Shown here piece after piece: positions 14,876 through 24,349 of a DNA stretch of 64,000 nt (within the stretch, counting starts at the first letter, position 1; every line of letters begins with the position of its first letter). The notes under the pieces were generated by a model. It did no database searches. It was not told where the DNA came from and saw nothing but the letters and a program-made list of their open reading frames with translations. The stretch spans positions 771 to 64,770 of the forward strand of contig JAHWKM010000003.1 of NCBI GenBank assembly GCA_019347895.1, in the 5' to 3' direction. Both the position numbers and the translations under genes were made by a program. Source of the stretch: Candidatus Parcubacteria bacterium. Its GTDB lineage: Bacteria; Patescibacteriota; Saccharimonadia; Saccharimonadales; 2-12-FULL-41-12.

Positions 14876-15553
14876 TTAAACACTTAATACAACTAAAAAT
14901 TTTCCGGACGTTATTTTTAGTTTGGCGGAGTCATCGACAAGCTCGTTGCTAATGCCGGAATTGGTTTGCATGCTCATTTTGTATTTTGAGGGGTCGTATT
15001 TCAGGCCGCTTGAGCTTTTTACTTTTACTTCTCCAAATAAAGGAATCAACGAAAGCTTTTGGCCAATGGTGCCCGTAATTTTTACTTCGTCGGACACTAT
15101 GAAAAGTTCTTGGTTTGGCTGGATTATTTTAATATTTTTGCCGGCGTATTTTGGTTTATGGAGCATAAAAATAATGCCTAAAACGTGATCTGTTTCATCG
15201 CCCAGGGCGTTGAGAATAATTATTTCATTCAGTCCTTTCTCTATGGCAAAGTCTATGGCCAGTTCCGTATCCAGATAGAATTTGTCGGTTGGGTATTTGC
15301 GGTAGATTATCCCGTCAATAATTTTTTGTGTTCCGCTTATTTTAGGTTTTAGTTTTTTGATTTTATCTGGAATATTTTGTATGGAATCAAAGTCGCCGAT
15401 GACAGCGTGCGGTTTGTAGCCGAGCTCATAAATTTTATCGGCTCCGCCATCCGCACCTATCAAATAGGTAGAAGCGTTGATCAAATTTTTAGTAAAATCC
15501 AATTTAGCCAGGTTGCCGTTTACAAAAATAACCGCTTCGGCAAATTTATGCAT
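14876..15553 (-). CDS. thiN: thiamine pyrophosphokinase
   Basis: LIGADGGADKIYELGYKPHAVIGDFDSI TPK catalytic motif. Last gene of the riboswitch-controlled operon. Confidence 0.75.
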   Translation of the reverse strand: MHKFAEAVIFVNGNLAKLDFTKNLINASTYLIGADGGADKIYELGYKPHAVIGDFDSIQNIPDKIKKLKPKISGTQKIIDGIIYRKYPTDKFYLDTELAIDFAIEKGLNEIIILNALGDETDHVLGIIFMLHKPKYAGKNIKIIQPNQELFIVSDEVKITGTIGQKLSLIPLFGEVKVKSSSGLKYDPSKYKMSMQTNSGISNELVDDSAKLKITSGKFLVVLSV

Positions 15554-16310
15554 TATTCGCTCGCTTCCAAGGCATTGTTAACTTTTGTACCAGAAAAACA
15601 CTGCCAAGCAGCATGAAGGCTATGGCCATAATTACTAATATTGTGGCGAAAACTTGGGCGGTAGCATATGAATATGCGGAACTTTGCAGGTAAACTCCCA
15701 GACCTTTGTAGGCTCCGACGAATTCGCCTACTACGGCGCCGGTGACAGCATAGACCGCGCCGATTTTTAGCCCGATAAAGAATTTGTCCAGGGCCGCCGG
15801 ATAGTTAACTAAGCGCAAAATTTGCCAGCGGGTAGCGCCCTGGCTTTTCATGTAATCGACTAAGTTTTTAGGCGTAGCGGACAAGCCGTCAACCAAAGCT
15901 ACCGCTACCGGGAAAAAGCTATAAATCACCACTACGATAATCTTGGGCACGATTCCAAAGCCGAACCAGATTAAGAGCAGCGGCGCCAGCGCTATTATCG
16001 GAATCGTTTGCGAAGCGACGAGCAAGGGGTACAGAGCTTTCTTAACTGGAGTCGACAAGAAAATGGCCGTCGCTGTAATCACCGCGAAACATACGGAAAT
16101 AATGAAGCCGGCCAATACTTCTACGAAGGTTACCAAGGCATGGTCGGCAATGATAGCCTTGGCGTCAAACAGCGCGCTCAGTATTAACGAGGGCGACGGC
16201 AAAATTCTCTGGCTGATCAGCCCGCTGGCCACGTATGCCTGCCAGCCTATTAAAATTGCCAGGGTTAAAAATAAAGCTGGCAGGTATTTTCTAAATTCTC
16301 TCATTGACAA
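15546..16310 (-). CDS. ABC transporter permease (NitT/TauT family; ThiX-like)
   Basis: Six-TM BPD-type permease. Operon context with NMT1/THI5-like binding protein. Confidence 0.75.
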   Translation of the reverse strand: MSMREFRKYLPALFLTLAILIGWQAYVASGLISQRILPSPSLILSALFDAKAIIADHALVTFVEVLAGFIISVCFAVITATAIFLSTPVKKALYPLLVASQTIPIIALAPLLLIWFGFGIVPKIIVVVIYSFFPVAVALVDGLSATPKNLVDYMKSQGATRWQILRLVNYPAALDKFFIGLKIGAVYAVTGAVVGEFVGAYKGLGVYLQSSAYSYATAQVFATILVIMAIAFMLLGSVFLVQKLTMPWKRANNA

Positions 16311-17046
16311 GCAGTTCCCTCAGTTCTTTTTGGGCATTTAGCAATCTTTTTGTACTTAGTTTATCGATATCCCTCGGCCGCCGGGCGTCTACTGTCATTT
16401 GGCGGATAATTTTGCCCGGACGGGAGCTTAGTACATAGATTTCATCGGCCAAAAACATAGATTCGTTAATATCGTGGGTCACGCAAATAACCGTGCATTT
16501 AAGCTTTCGCCAAAGCTCAACCAGCCAAACCTGCATCTGCAGTCTGGTGATGGCGTCGAGCGCTGAAAACGGCTCGTCCAGAATAATTAAATCCGGTGTA
16601 TAAAGAGCCGTCCTGATCAGAGCCACCTTTTGCTGCATACCGCCGGACAGCTCGGCCGGATAAAAACCTGCGAACTTGTCTAAGCCGAATTGTTTCAAAT
16701 TCCTGTCAATATTTTTTTCTAATTTATTGTCCAGCTGGTTTTTGATTTTAGCCGGCAGGCGCAGATTTTCGCGTACAGTCAGCCAGGGCATCAAGCTGCC
16801 TTGCTGCGGCAGATAAGCAATGTTATCAGGCGCGGTTACCTTGCCGGCGGATTGTTTTTCTATGCCGGCCAGGATCTTGAGTAAAGTGGTTTTGCCGCTG
16901 CCATTAGGCCCGATTAGGCAAACGAATTTGCCCGGATCAACCGTTAGGCTAATATCATCTACTACTTTTAGCCCGGCATTGTTAACCCTATAGCTTTTGC
17001 TGATATTTTCAAATACAACCCGGTCTGTTGCTAGTCTAGTGGTCAC
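16291..17046 (-). CDS. ABC transporter ATP-binding protein (ThiZ-like)
   Basis: Walker A GPNGSGKTT, signature LSGGMQQK, Walker B LIILDEP. Confidence 0.8.
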   Translation of the reverse strand: MTTRLATDRVVFENISKSYRVNNAGLKVVDDISLTVDPGKFVCLIGPNGSGKTTLLKILAGIEKQSAGKVTAPDNIAYLPQQGSLMPWLTVRENLRLPAKIKNQLDNKLEKNIDRNLKQFGLDKFAGFYPAELSGGMQQKVALIRTALYTPDLIILDEPFSALDAITRLQMQVWLVELWRKLKCTVICVTHDINESMFLADEIYVLSSRPGKIIRQMTVDARRPRDIDKLSTKRLLNAQKELRELLVNERI

Positions 17047-18081
17047 TTATTCTATAAATTTGTTAGTGTAGAGCGCGTCGAAATTGACAGTGTCAACCGG
17101 TTTGCCGCTAACGTCTAAAACCGCGTCATTGTCCAGCATGAACTGCGGGTAATTCCGCCAATAACTTTTTTCCTGGATTCCCCAGGTCTTGCCGGGTTTT
17201 TGATATTTGCCGCTCAAATACTCCTGGCTGGCATAAACCAAGCCCTCGTCATCAAAAGTACCTTCAGACGCTTCAGCTATTAAAATCCGGGCGGCTTCGT
17301 CTGGATTGTTGCGGGCGAATTCATAGCCGCGAACGGTTGCTTTCATAAAGCGTTTCAACAAATCCTCTTTTTTGGAAATAGTGTCAGGCGAACTGATAAT
17401 GTTTGGCGTGTAATAGTCCGGTATGCCGTGTTCTATGACGGGAAATGTATCTATGGCAAAACCGCTTCTCTCGGCTTGGATTTTTTCCCAGCCGTCAAAA
17501 ATCCAAACAAAATCTACCTTGCCGGATTCCAGCGCTTGAAGCGGCGCAGTAGAAACTGTTACATTTTTGAAATTGCCTTCGCCGCCGTCGTTTTTTATAG
17601 CGGCCTTCATGACCGGTTCCTCATAGGGCATACCGTAACCGCCGTAGATTTTGCCGTCCAGCTGGTCTAGCGAAGTTATGTTATCGCTTTTCCTGGTAGC
17701 GATGGATGAGGTGTTGGTGGTGATTATAGCCGCGATTGACGTCACCTGCGAATCACTGGCCGCGTTGGCTACCACCCCTTCCGTGAAACCAATACCCGTA
17801 TCGGCCTTGCCGGCGGATACTAAAGCATCAGAAGAAGCACTGGTGGAGTACGGCAAAAGCTTTAGCTCGACTCCTTCTTCTGCGTAATAACCTTGGTTTT
17901 TAGCCACATAAAGCCCGCTGTGGTTGGTATTCGGCGTCCAATCAAGCGCCAGCGTCACTTCCTCTAGCGGCTTTTTTGCTGTCTGTTCTTTATCATTATT
18001 AACATTCTTGGCTATTAAAAAAGCGCTTAGCCCAGCCACCAAGACCAGCGCGGCAATCGCAATTAATTTTATATTCTTCAC
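17047..18081 (-). CDS. NMT1/THI5-like substrate-binding protein (ThiY-like, HMP/thiamine precursor uptake)
   Basis: N-terminal anchor, then LALDWTPNTNHSGLYVAKNQGYYAEEG, typical of the NMT1/THI5 SBP family. First gene after the TPP riboswitch. Confidence 0.75.
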   Translation of the reverse strand: MKNIKLIAIAALVLVAGLSAFLIAKNVNNDKEQTAKKPLEEVTLALDWTPNTNHSGLYVAKNQGYYAEEGVELKLLPYSTSASSDALVSAGKADTGIGFTEGVVANAASDSQVTSIAAIITTNTSSIATRKSDNITSLDQLDGKIYGGYGMPYEEPVMKAAIKNDGGEGNFKNVTVSTAPLQALESGKVDFVWIFDGWEKIQAERSGFAIDTFPVIEHGIPDYYTPNIISSPDTISKKEDLLKRFMKATVRGYEFARNNPDEAARILIAEASEGTFDDEGLVYASQEYLSGKYQKPGKTWGIQEKSYWRNYPQFMLDNDAVLDVSGKPVDTVNFDALYTNKFIE

Positions 18082-18087
18082 GTTAAT

Positions 18088-18178
18088 TCTCCCTTCGACG
18101 GCATTACCCGTACAGGTTCATTGGGTTTATCCAGGTGTCAGCTGGAATTTCTCAGCCCGGCTATCCCGAGCTCCCCAT
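18088..18178 (-). promoter_or_regulatory. TPP (THI-box) riboswitch
   Basis: Minus strand reads GGGGAGCTCGGGATAGCCGGGCTGAGAAATTCCAGCTGACACCTGGATAAACCCAATGAACCTGTACGGGTAATGCCGTCGAAGGGAG. It contains the CTGAGA, ACCC..TGAACCTG and GGTAATGCC..GAAGGGA cores. TATAAT lies at 18197-18202 (minus). Confidence 0.8.
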
Positions 18179-18207
18179 TTATATTTGGTAACGATAATTA
18201 TAACAAC

Positions 18208-18864
18208 TTATATGTTTAGCACCAAAGTACCCGTAGGCAACCCGAAGGCAAACAACACGGCCAAAGGTATCAATACATTGTCAATCCCGTTACGAGAAAT
18301 GCTCTCGACTGCCGTGGCTAAAAACGGCGTCAACGCGAAAACGGCCAAGGAAGTTCCCGGCAGTCCGGGCAAAAGGACTATGTAAGCAAGAATACAAAGC
18401 GCAAGCGAAGTAATAAAAAAGGCCGCTGAGCCAAGCAAAGATTTAGTGTGCTGGCCAATCTGATAATGCCTTAATCCAAATCTATAGCCGACAATTGAAG
18501 CGAATCCGTCGGCTAATGACAGATGTAGAATGGCTATCGTAAAAATCCATGGCTGTGAAGTAAAGAGCGCCGCCAGGCCGATGCCTATCGGATACCATAA
18601 TTCACCGCTGCTTTGCTGTTTTATTTTATGAATCGCTCCAAAAACCCCCAGCTGGTATGACAATAATATGCCGATGAAGAGCAATCCGGCCAGAGTTTGG
18701 ATCGTTCCCCAGCTCATGTACAGCGGCCAAAAAGCAATGAAGGTCCCGACGGCGATATGAATAAATTTGCGCGTAGTCTCCGCTTCCAGCCTGTCTGTCC
18801 GCCACAAATATTCGGAGATTACAAGCAGGCCAAAAATTAACCCTAGAGAAATAATAGCTGCCAT
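18208..18864 (-). CDS. polyprenol (dolichol/phytol)-kinase / CdsA-like membrane protein
   Basis: Multi-TM protein with the RKFIHIAVG motif seen in CTP-dependent polyprenol kinases. Confidence 0.45.
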   Translation of the reverse strand: MAAIISLGLIFGLLVISEYLWRTDRLEAETTRKFIHIAVGTFIAFWPLYMSWGTIQTLAGLLFIGILLSYQLGVFGAIHKIKQQSSGELWYPIGIGLAALFTSQPWIFTIAILHLSLADGFASIVGYRFGLRHYQIGQHTKSLLGSAAFFITSLALCILAYIVLLPGLPGTSLAVFALTPFLATAVESISRNGIDNVLIPLAVLFAFGLPTGTLVLNI

Positions 18865-18866
18865 CG

Positions 18867-21251
18867 TTAGCTCTCGCCCAGCGCCTCAAAGTCCGCTACG
18901 TCCAGCTTTATACTGCTGCCGCTGTCCACGCTGCGTTCTAACAGCCGCCGCGCCAAAATATTTTCTACATATTTTTGCACTACGCGGCGCATCGGCCTGG
19001 CTCCCAGTTTGGCGTCATAACCTTTTTCTACCAGCCATTTTTTAGCCGGCTCGGATAGTTCAACTTGTACTTTTTGTTTGTCCAGCGTCCGGTTGATTCC
19101 GGCAATAATAAGGTCAATCACTTGGATTAATTCTTCCTGGGTTAGCGGCCTGAAGATTACCACCTCGTCAAAACGGTTGACGAATTCCGGCGTAAAAATC
19201 TGCTGCTCTATTATATGATCGACTAGCTGGCCCTGGAGGCCTACCAGGTCCTGCTTTTCGTCAATAGCTTTGCGTATACGGTCAGCCCCGGCATTAGAGG
19301 TGGCGATTATAATCGCGTCCTTGAAACTTACCGGTTTGTTGTCGACGTCGCGCATCACGCCTTCGTCCAGCATTTGCAGCAGCAGGTTAATCACGCTTTT
19401 ATGAGCTTTTTCTATTTCATCCAGCAAGATCACGCTGAACGGGCGGCGGCGGATTTGCCCGAGCAAGCCCAGCTGTTCGCCCAGTATTGGAGTGATCAAT
19501 CGTTTGATGTCTTCGGGACTCACAAACTGGTTCATATCGGCCCGAATGATAGACGTCTCATCGCCGAAGTAGACTTTGGCCAGCGCTTTAGACAATTCAG
19601 TTTTACCGACGCCGGTCGGGCCTAAAAACAAAAACGTACCGACCGGCCGTTCGGGATTTCCGACCCCGCTGCGCGAGCGGCGCAGGGCGTTGGCTATGAC
19701 GGACACGGCCTGCTTTTGGTTTATGACGTATTTGTGCAGTTCGTCTTCCAGATGAAGCAGGGTTTGGGATTCATCGCCCGAAGATTGCTGGATTTTTACG
19801 CCGAACGTAGATTCAATACTTTGCTGGACCACTTCCGGCGTTACGTAGCCGTCGCTGGCCACCGGCGCCGCGGCTTCCAGCACGTTCAAGGCAGCGCCGG
19901 GCATGGCTTGATTATCCACATAGCGGCTGCCTAAACGATAGGCTTCTTTTAAGGCTTGCTGGGTAAACAGCACGCCCCGCTTATGCTCGATAAATAAAAC
20001 CTGGTCCCGCAGTATATGGATCGTTTCAGGCTCGCCGGCGGCCGGTACTTGCAGCGGCTTAAGCTTGCTGGCAATAGCCGGATTATTGGCGCCAATCTGC
20101 TGCCACTGGCGGGGCGTGAGCGCGAAGATAATTTTTAGACTGCCTGAGTCCAGCACCTGCTGCAAAGTATTGGAAAGATCGACGCTACCGCTTCCCTGGC
20201 CGAAGAAAACATGGGCGTCGTCAAAAAACAGCATTATATTTTTAGCCCGCTGGGCTTCATTAATAATTTTAATCAGTAGACCTTCAAGTTCTCCCGGGGT
20301 TTTGGTTTGGGCCAGCAAAGAGGGCGCGTCCAAGGCTACTATCTGGCGAAATTTCATACTCTTGGAAACGTTTCTATCCTCGATTAAGCGATTAGCCAGG
20401 GCATGGATACAGGTGGTTTTACCAACGCCTATCTCCCCTACCAGCGTAATGGAGCTGGTACCGCTGCCCATGGCGTTAATCATCTGGTCGACTATTTGGT
20501 TATGCGGCTTAGTATCTATATAAAACCCTTGGAACTGGACTTCTTCGGTTATATTTCGGCCCAGGTAGCGCAGGATAGGCGTGTAGCCATAGGCCCAGTC
20601 GCGGGCCAGCCCGCCGTAGTGCTGTTTTTGCCGGGCCAGCTTGCGCTTGGACTCAATGCTGGATATCCAATTAATGCCTTCTTCAACTTCATTTAAATCC
20701 AATTTGATCCGGCGGAGCATATCGTCTACCCCAGGAATGGATTTTAAAAGCGCCACTAAAACTATCGAAGCTGGCAGATCCGGCCTCTGATATTGCTTTT
20801 GCAGATCATTGGCAATGTCCCAAATCTGCTCGGCTGTGCCTGGTTCCCGGCTTAAATATTCATCGAATATTACGGGGTGCAGCATGTAGCGGTTTTGGAA
20901 GAACCAGCGGGCAGGCGTATCCTTGGCGGCCTGCCATATGGCGTAAGCTGACTGGCTGTCGTTTTTAATACCGGCTAAGATTGCCGGATCCAGCTTGCCT
21001 TCCAGGCCAAACTCGTCTGTAAGCTCCTCCAGCCGGGAAAGTTCTCCCTTGTCCCATATATAAGCCATCATGGTAAAAATTGCAGGCACTAAAACAATAC
21101 CGGCCAGTTTATTTTCCAAGTATAAAAGAGCTAACCCGCCGAACAAAGACAATAAACCTGCACCGTAAAAGCCAAGGCTAAATTTCTTATTGTTAATCTT
21201 TTTGGCGTAACGGGATTTTATAGCCCGGGCGCTGTTAATATTAACTTTCAT
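18867..21251 (-). CDS. Clp/Hsp100-family double AAA+ ATPase with N-terminal transmembrane region
   Basis: Walker A motifs GEIGVGKTT and GPTGVGKTELSKALA, plus C-terminal GARPMRRVVQKYVE. The N-terminal ~70 aa carry two hydrophobic helices instead of a Clp_N domain. Confidence 0.7.
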   Translation of the reverse strand: MKVNINSARAIKSRYAKKINNKKFSLGFYGAGLLSLFGGLALLYLENKLAGIVLVPAIFTMMAYIWDKGELSRLEELTDEFGLEGKLDPAILAGIKNDSQSAYAIWQAAKDTPARWFFQNRYMLHPVIFDEYLSREPGTAEQIWDIANDLQKQYQRPDLPASIVLVALLKSIPGVDDMLRRIKLDLNEVEEGINWISSIESKRKLARQKQHYGGLARDWAYGYTPILRYLGRNITEEVQFQGFYIDTKPHNQIVDQMINAMGSGTSSITLVGEIGVGKTTCIHALANRLIEDRNVSKSMKFRQIVALDAPSLLAQTKTPGELEGLLIKIINEAQRAKNIMLFFDDAHVFFGQGSGSVDLSNTLQQVLDSGSLKIIFALTPRQWQQIGANNPAIASKLKPLQVPAAGEPETIHILRDQVLFIEHKRGVLFTQQALKEAYRLGSRYVDNQAMPGAALNVLEAAAPVASDGYVTPEVVQQSIESTFGVKIQQSSGDESQTLLHLEDELHKYVINQKQAVSVIANALRRSRSGVGNPERPVGTFLFLGPTGVGKTELSKALAKVYFGDETSIIRADMNQFVSPEDIKRLITPILGEQLGLLGQIRRRPFSVILLDEIEKAHKSVINLLLQMLDEGVMRDVDNKPVSFKDAIIIATSNAGADRIRKAIDEKQDLVGLQGQLVDHIIEQQIFTPEFVNRFDEVVIFRPLTQEELIQVIDLIIAGINRTLDKQKVQVELSEPAKKWLVEKGYDAKLGARPMRRVVQKYVENILARRLLERSVDSGSSIKLDVADFEALGES

Positions 21252-21613
21252 GCCCCGCCCATCTTTATAGAAATTACCGGCAAAGCCACCAGCAGCAGAG
21301 GAATCAGCGGCCAGATAATTGCCACGATTAACCCCAAAAACACCACCAACAAACTTAAGACTAAGGCCGTCAGCAGCATGCCCAGGCGGACGGTAGCGCC
21401 AATAAAACGCGAAATAAAATTGTCGATGCTGGACTGGATAAAATTCTGAAAAGTTGTGGCTGATTGGATCTGTTTCCAGGGAGCGAACAGAGTTTTCAGC
21501 AAAGTGGCCACCGAGAAAACTTCATCGATAGTTTTTAAATAATTTACGGACTGCCGGTTAACCCATAGCCAGCCCCGGCCGTACCACCAGCTAAGTAAAA
21601 GAAGCGCAAACAT
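21248..21613 (-). CDS. hypothetical membrane protein, translationally coupled to the Clp-like ATPase
   Basis: 121 aa with TM helices at both ends. 4-nt overlap with the downstream gene. Confidence 0.45.
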   Translation of the reverse strand: MFALLLLSWWYGRGWLWVNRQSVNYLKTIDEVFSVATLLKTLFAPWKQIQSATTFQNFIQSSIDNFISRFIGATVRLGMLLTALVLSLLVVFLGLIVAIIWPLIPLLLVALPVISIKMGGA

Positions 21614-21687
21614 AGTAGTAATTGTAGCGAGAATAACCTGCTATAGCCAGGCTGTTCAAATATGGGCGTTAAGCTGTAAAATAAGCT

Positions 21688-23271
21688 ATGGTAAGTTTGA
21701 TGAATTTACATACTCCCGGCGAGCAAGCCGATTGGGATTTGATTAGGCCAAGCGAACGCAATGGCTGGCAAAAATTAGCTTCGGCTACCGGTGGGTTGGT
21801 AACAGCCAGCAATATTTTATCCGCTGTTGGCTTGATTTTGGTTGTATTTGGATTATTTGAAATAACTTCCGCGAATTATATTAACGGGTCTTTGCTAATT
21901 GCCGCCGGACGGGCTTTTGATTTATTAGATGGATATGTTGCGGAAATAACCAAAACCAAAAGTTCTCTTGGCGAAATGATTGACGCTACTGTTGATAAAT
22001 TTGAAATTTTTGCAGCCTTAGCAGCCATAGCAATCGCCGGCATATTGCCGCCGCTTGTAATAGCCGTCATGATTTTTATTAGTGCGTGGGCTAGCGTAGC
22101 AGCATTAGTTGCCCGCATTCGCAGCATCGAGATACACCCTAGCCTGATTGGAAAACAAGCTACCGCAGCCATATGGTTAAGTATAATTTTGTTTTTGTTC
22201 ACTAATGCATTTGACGAGCTAAGCGGTCTTATATCGGTGTTGGCTTACACCTCCTTCGCTTTATTTGCCATACTTGGGTATTTATCCGCGGCCCAATACT
22301 CGAAGGAAGCCTTTCGCTCCGGGTCCCCTGTCAGCCGGCTGGTTAAAGGATTTGATAATTTTTTAATCGTCTTAAATTCCAAAAGCAGCAATGCCCGGCG
22401 TACATCGGAGCGTATGGATAGTCTAAAAGAACTTCTGCCCACCACACCGGATATAATCCACGCGTATAGGAATCGTGAAAAGCTGCACAATGAAATTCAT
22501 AAGTATTTGGCGAATAAGCCTGGTAAAACTCTGATTTTTGTGGGCGGCGGCGACGGTACGGTTCATGAAGTGGTAAATGCTTTGATGGAATCAGAAAAAT
22601 TAAATTCCGCGGCAGTGCTGCCGACATGGAGCGGCAATGCTAATGATTTCGCCTACATGCTCAACGGCATCTCCTATAGAAGAAAGCTTGCCAAAGTGTT
22701 AAAAGAAGGCAGGATAGTAAAAATAAAACCGCTGAAAATCAGCACCACCCATAAAAATAAAACTTCGGTCCGCTACGCCGCTTGCTATGCCAGTTTCGGT
22801 GCCACCGCATTTGCAGCCCATCAGTTAGGTAAACGCTTGCCTGTTAAGAAAAACTGGTTGTTTTCTACCCCTGCGGCTTTGATTCTTCAAGAGATTTGGG
22901 GCGTAACCGATGCCTTTAGAAAAGCGCCAGTGTTTAGCGCAGAGATTAACGGCGAAAAAATTACGATTTTCGAAGAGTCTTTTATGAACGGGTCCAGAAT
23001 CGCTAAAATATTTACTGTCCCGCTGAAACTAACGGACAATGCCTATTATCATGCGCATCAGCCGGACAAACATCCATTTTTATCCCGCCGGGTTATACAA
23101 GCATTGACCGGCAGGAAATTCGGCAACGTTATCAGCGAACCGACCAGCCTTACGTTTAACGAGCCTGCAATCAGCCAGTTTGACGGCGAAGTCAGTAGTA
23201 TCGAAAAAAATTCGAAGATTACAGTGAGCTTAGCCTCCCGCTCAATCCAAGCCGTCAGCATAAAATTATAG
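21688..23271 (+). CDS. CDP-alcohol phosphatidyltransferase / diacylglycerol-kinase-catalytic-domain fusion protein
   Basis: N-terminal DLLDGYVAE...GEMIDATVDK (D-x2-D-G-x2-A...G-x3-D-x3-D) in a multi-TM region. C-terminal half has the DAGK_cat motif LIFVGGGDGTVHEVVNAL. Confidence 0.6.
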   Translation: MVSLMNLHTPGEQADWDLIRPSERNGWQKLASATGGLVTASNILSAVGLILVVFGLFEITSANYINGSLLIAAGRAFDLLDGYVAEITKTKSSLGEMIDATVDKFEIFAALAAIAIAGILPPLVIAVMIFISAWASVAALVARIRSIEIHPSLIGKQATAAIWLSIILFLFTNAFDELSGLISVLAYTSFALFAILGYLSAAQYSKEAFRSGSPVSRLVKGFDNFLIVLNSKSSNARRTSERMDSLKELLPTTPDIIHAYRNREKLHNEIHKYLANKPGKTLIFVGGGDGTVHEVVNALMESEKLNSAAVLPTWSGNANDFAYMLNGISYRRKLAKVLKEGRIVKIKPLKISTTHKNKTSVRYAACYASFGATAFAAHQLGKRLPVKKNWLFSTPAALILQEIWGVTDAFRKAPVFSAEINGEKITIFEESFMNGSRIAKIFTVPLKLTDNAYYHAHQPDKHPFLSRRVIQALTGRKFGNVISEPTSLTFNEPAISQFDGEVSSIEKNSKITVSLASRSIQAVSIKL

Positions 23272-23364
23272 ATTACTGGACAGTGCAGGGTAACTTTTAT
23301 TACAGAACCCTTTTGTTCGAGTCCCTATACTATTTATTGTCAGAAAGAAAAGCGAGGAGGACCT

Positions 23365-23469
23365 ATGAGAGGAAAGAGCTGGAAAAAAGTAGCCGACGAA
23401 CAATACCAGCGAATGCCGAAAAATTGGCAGGATGATTGGCGGGATTTGCGCAGCACGGTTTATAGGTAA
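23365..23469 (+). CDS. small basic protein (34 aa)
   Basis: MRGKSWKKVADEQYQRMPKNWQDDWRDLRSTVYR*. Strong SD GAGGAGG 5 nt upstream. Terminator follows. Confidence 0.4.
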   Translation: MRGKSWKKVADEQYQRMPKNWQDDWRDLRSTVYR

Positions 23470-23493
23470 TAGATAGTAGAAAGATTTTTAATT

Positions 23494-23529
23494 AAAGGGC
23501 TTCTTGCAAAAGAGCCCTTTTATCTTTGT
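23494..23529 (+). terminator. rho-independent terminator
   Basis: AAAGGGCT-TCTTGCAAAAG-AGCCCTTT followed by TATCTTTG. Confidence 0.5.
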
Positions 23530-23592
23530 CTTTTTCTATGACGCTACAATCTAGGTTGACAAGTATCTGAAATATTGTAGTATATACTCCTT

Positions 23593-24171
23593 ATGTCGCT
23601 TACAGGTGAATTGATGGCTATAGATGATAAGCAGGTTGATGCAGCTATAAAGTCAGTTTTTCCATCGGGTTACAGTACTAATGGAGCTGATGAACGATTG
23701 TCCGACGAGCCATATAAGGTCTTAGCTTCATTAGGTCAGGAGGTGATAGATAGAGGCCTTGAGGAAAATCAGGTGGTATCTGAAGAAGAGGGAATGGTGC
23801 GATTGGGTGGGCGGCTCGGTCTAGCCATACTTATAGAATGCGGTGAAAATTCAGCATCCACCCGTTCTGATACATCGCTCAGAGACGAGTTAAGGGATAT
23901 CGGAGATGGGCAAGTTGGCACCGCTATAGATGCAGTATTCAAAAAGATCAGTGACACTGATGAATGGAGCGAACTTGAAAATACATTGGATAGAAATTAC
24001 GATGCATTAGTTAAACTAGGCCGTAAAATTATAGAAGTGACATTGGAGAGAGGTTCATTTTTTAACCTAGATATCATAAATAGCATGGAATGGGGTTGGT
24101 GGCTCAATCTGGCCATACTTAAAGAAATCGGCGAACGGCAACTGTTCAAATCCGCCGATTTACTAGAATAA
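23593..24171 (+). CDS. hypothetical protein with two ~90-aa internal repeats
   Basis: Repeat 1 is ...IDDKQVDAAIKSVF...LGLAILIECGE. Repeat 2 is ...IGDGQVGTAIDAVF...LNLAILKEIGE. TTGACA promoter upstream. Confidence 0.5.
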   Translation: MSLTGELMAIDDKQVDAAIKSVFPSGYSTNGADERLSDEPYKVLASLGQEVIDRGLEENQVVSEEEGMVRLGGRLGLAILIECGENSASTRSDTSLRDELRDIGDGQVGTAIDAVFKKISDTDEWSELENTLDRNYDALVKLGRKIIEVTLERGSFFNLDIINSMEWGWWLNLAILKEIGERQLFKSADLLE

Positions 24172-24349
24172 TGTGTACATGAAACTTGAGGACTTGAACT
24201 TCCCTATCAAGTTTATTTTTTGCAAGCATGAGCGAAAAAGTGCCTAGCTTTTTACCTTCAGAAGGCATATATAATTTTATTTGCATATATGGCGATAAGG
24301 TGTAAAACTGTATATAAGAATATGTTTGGAGAGATAAAAATCTAAGGTT

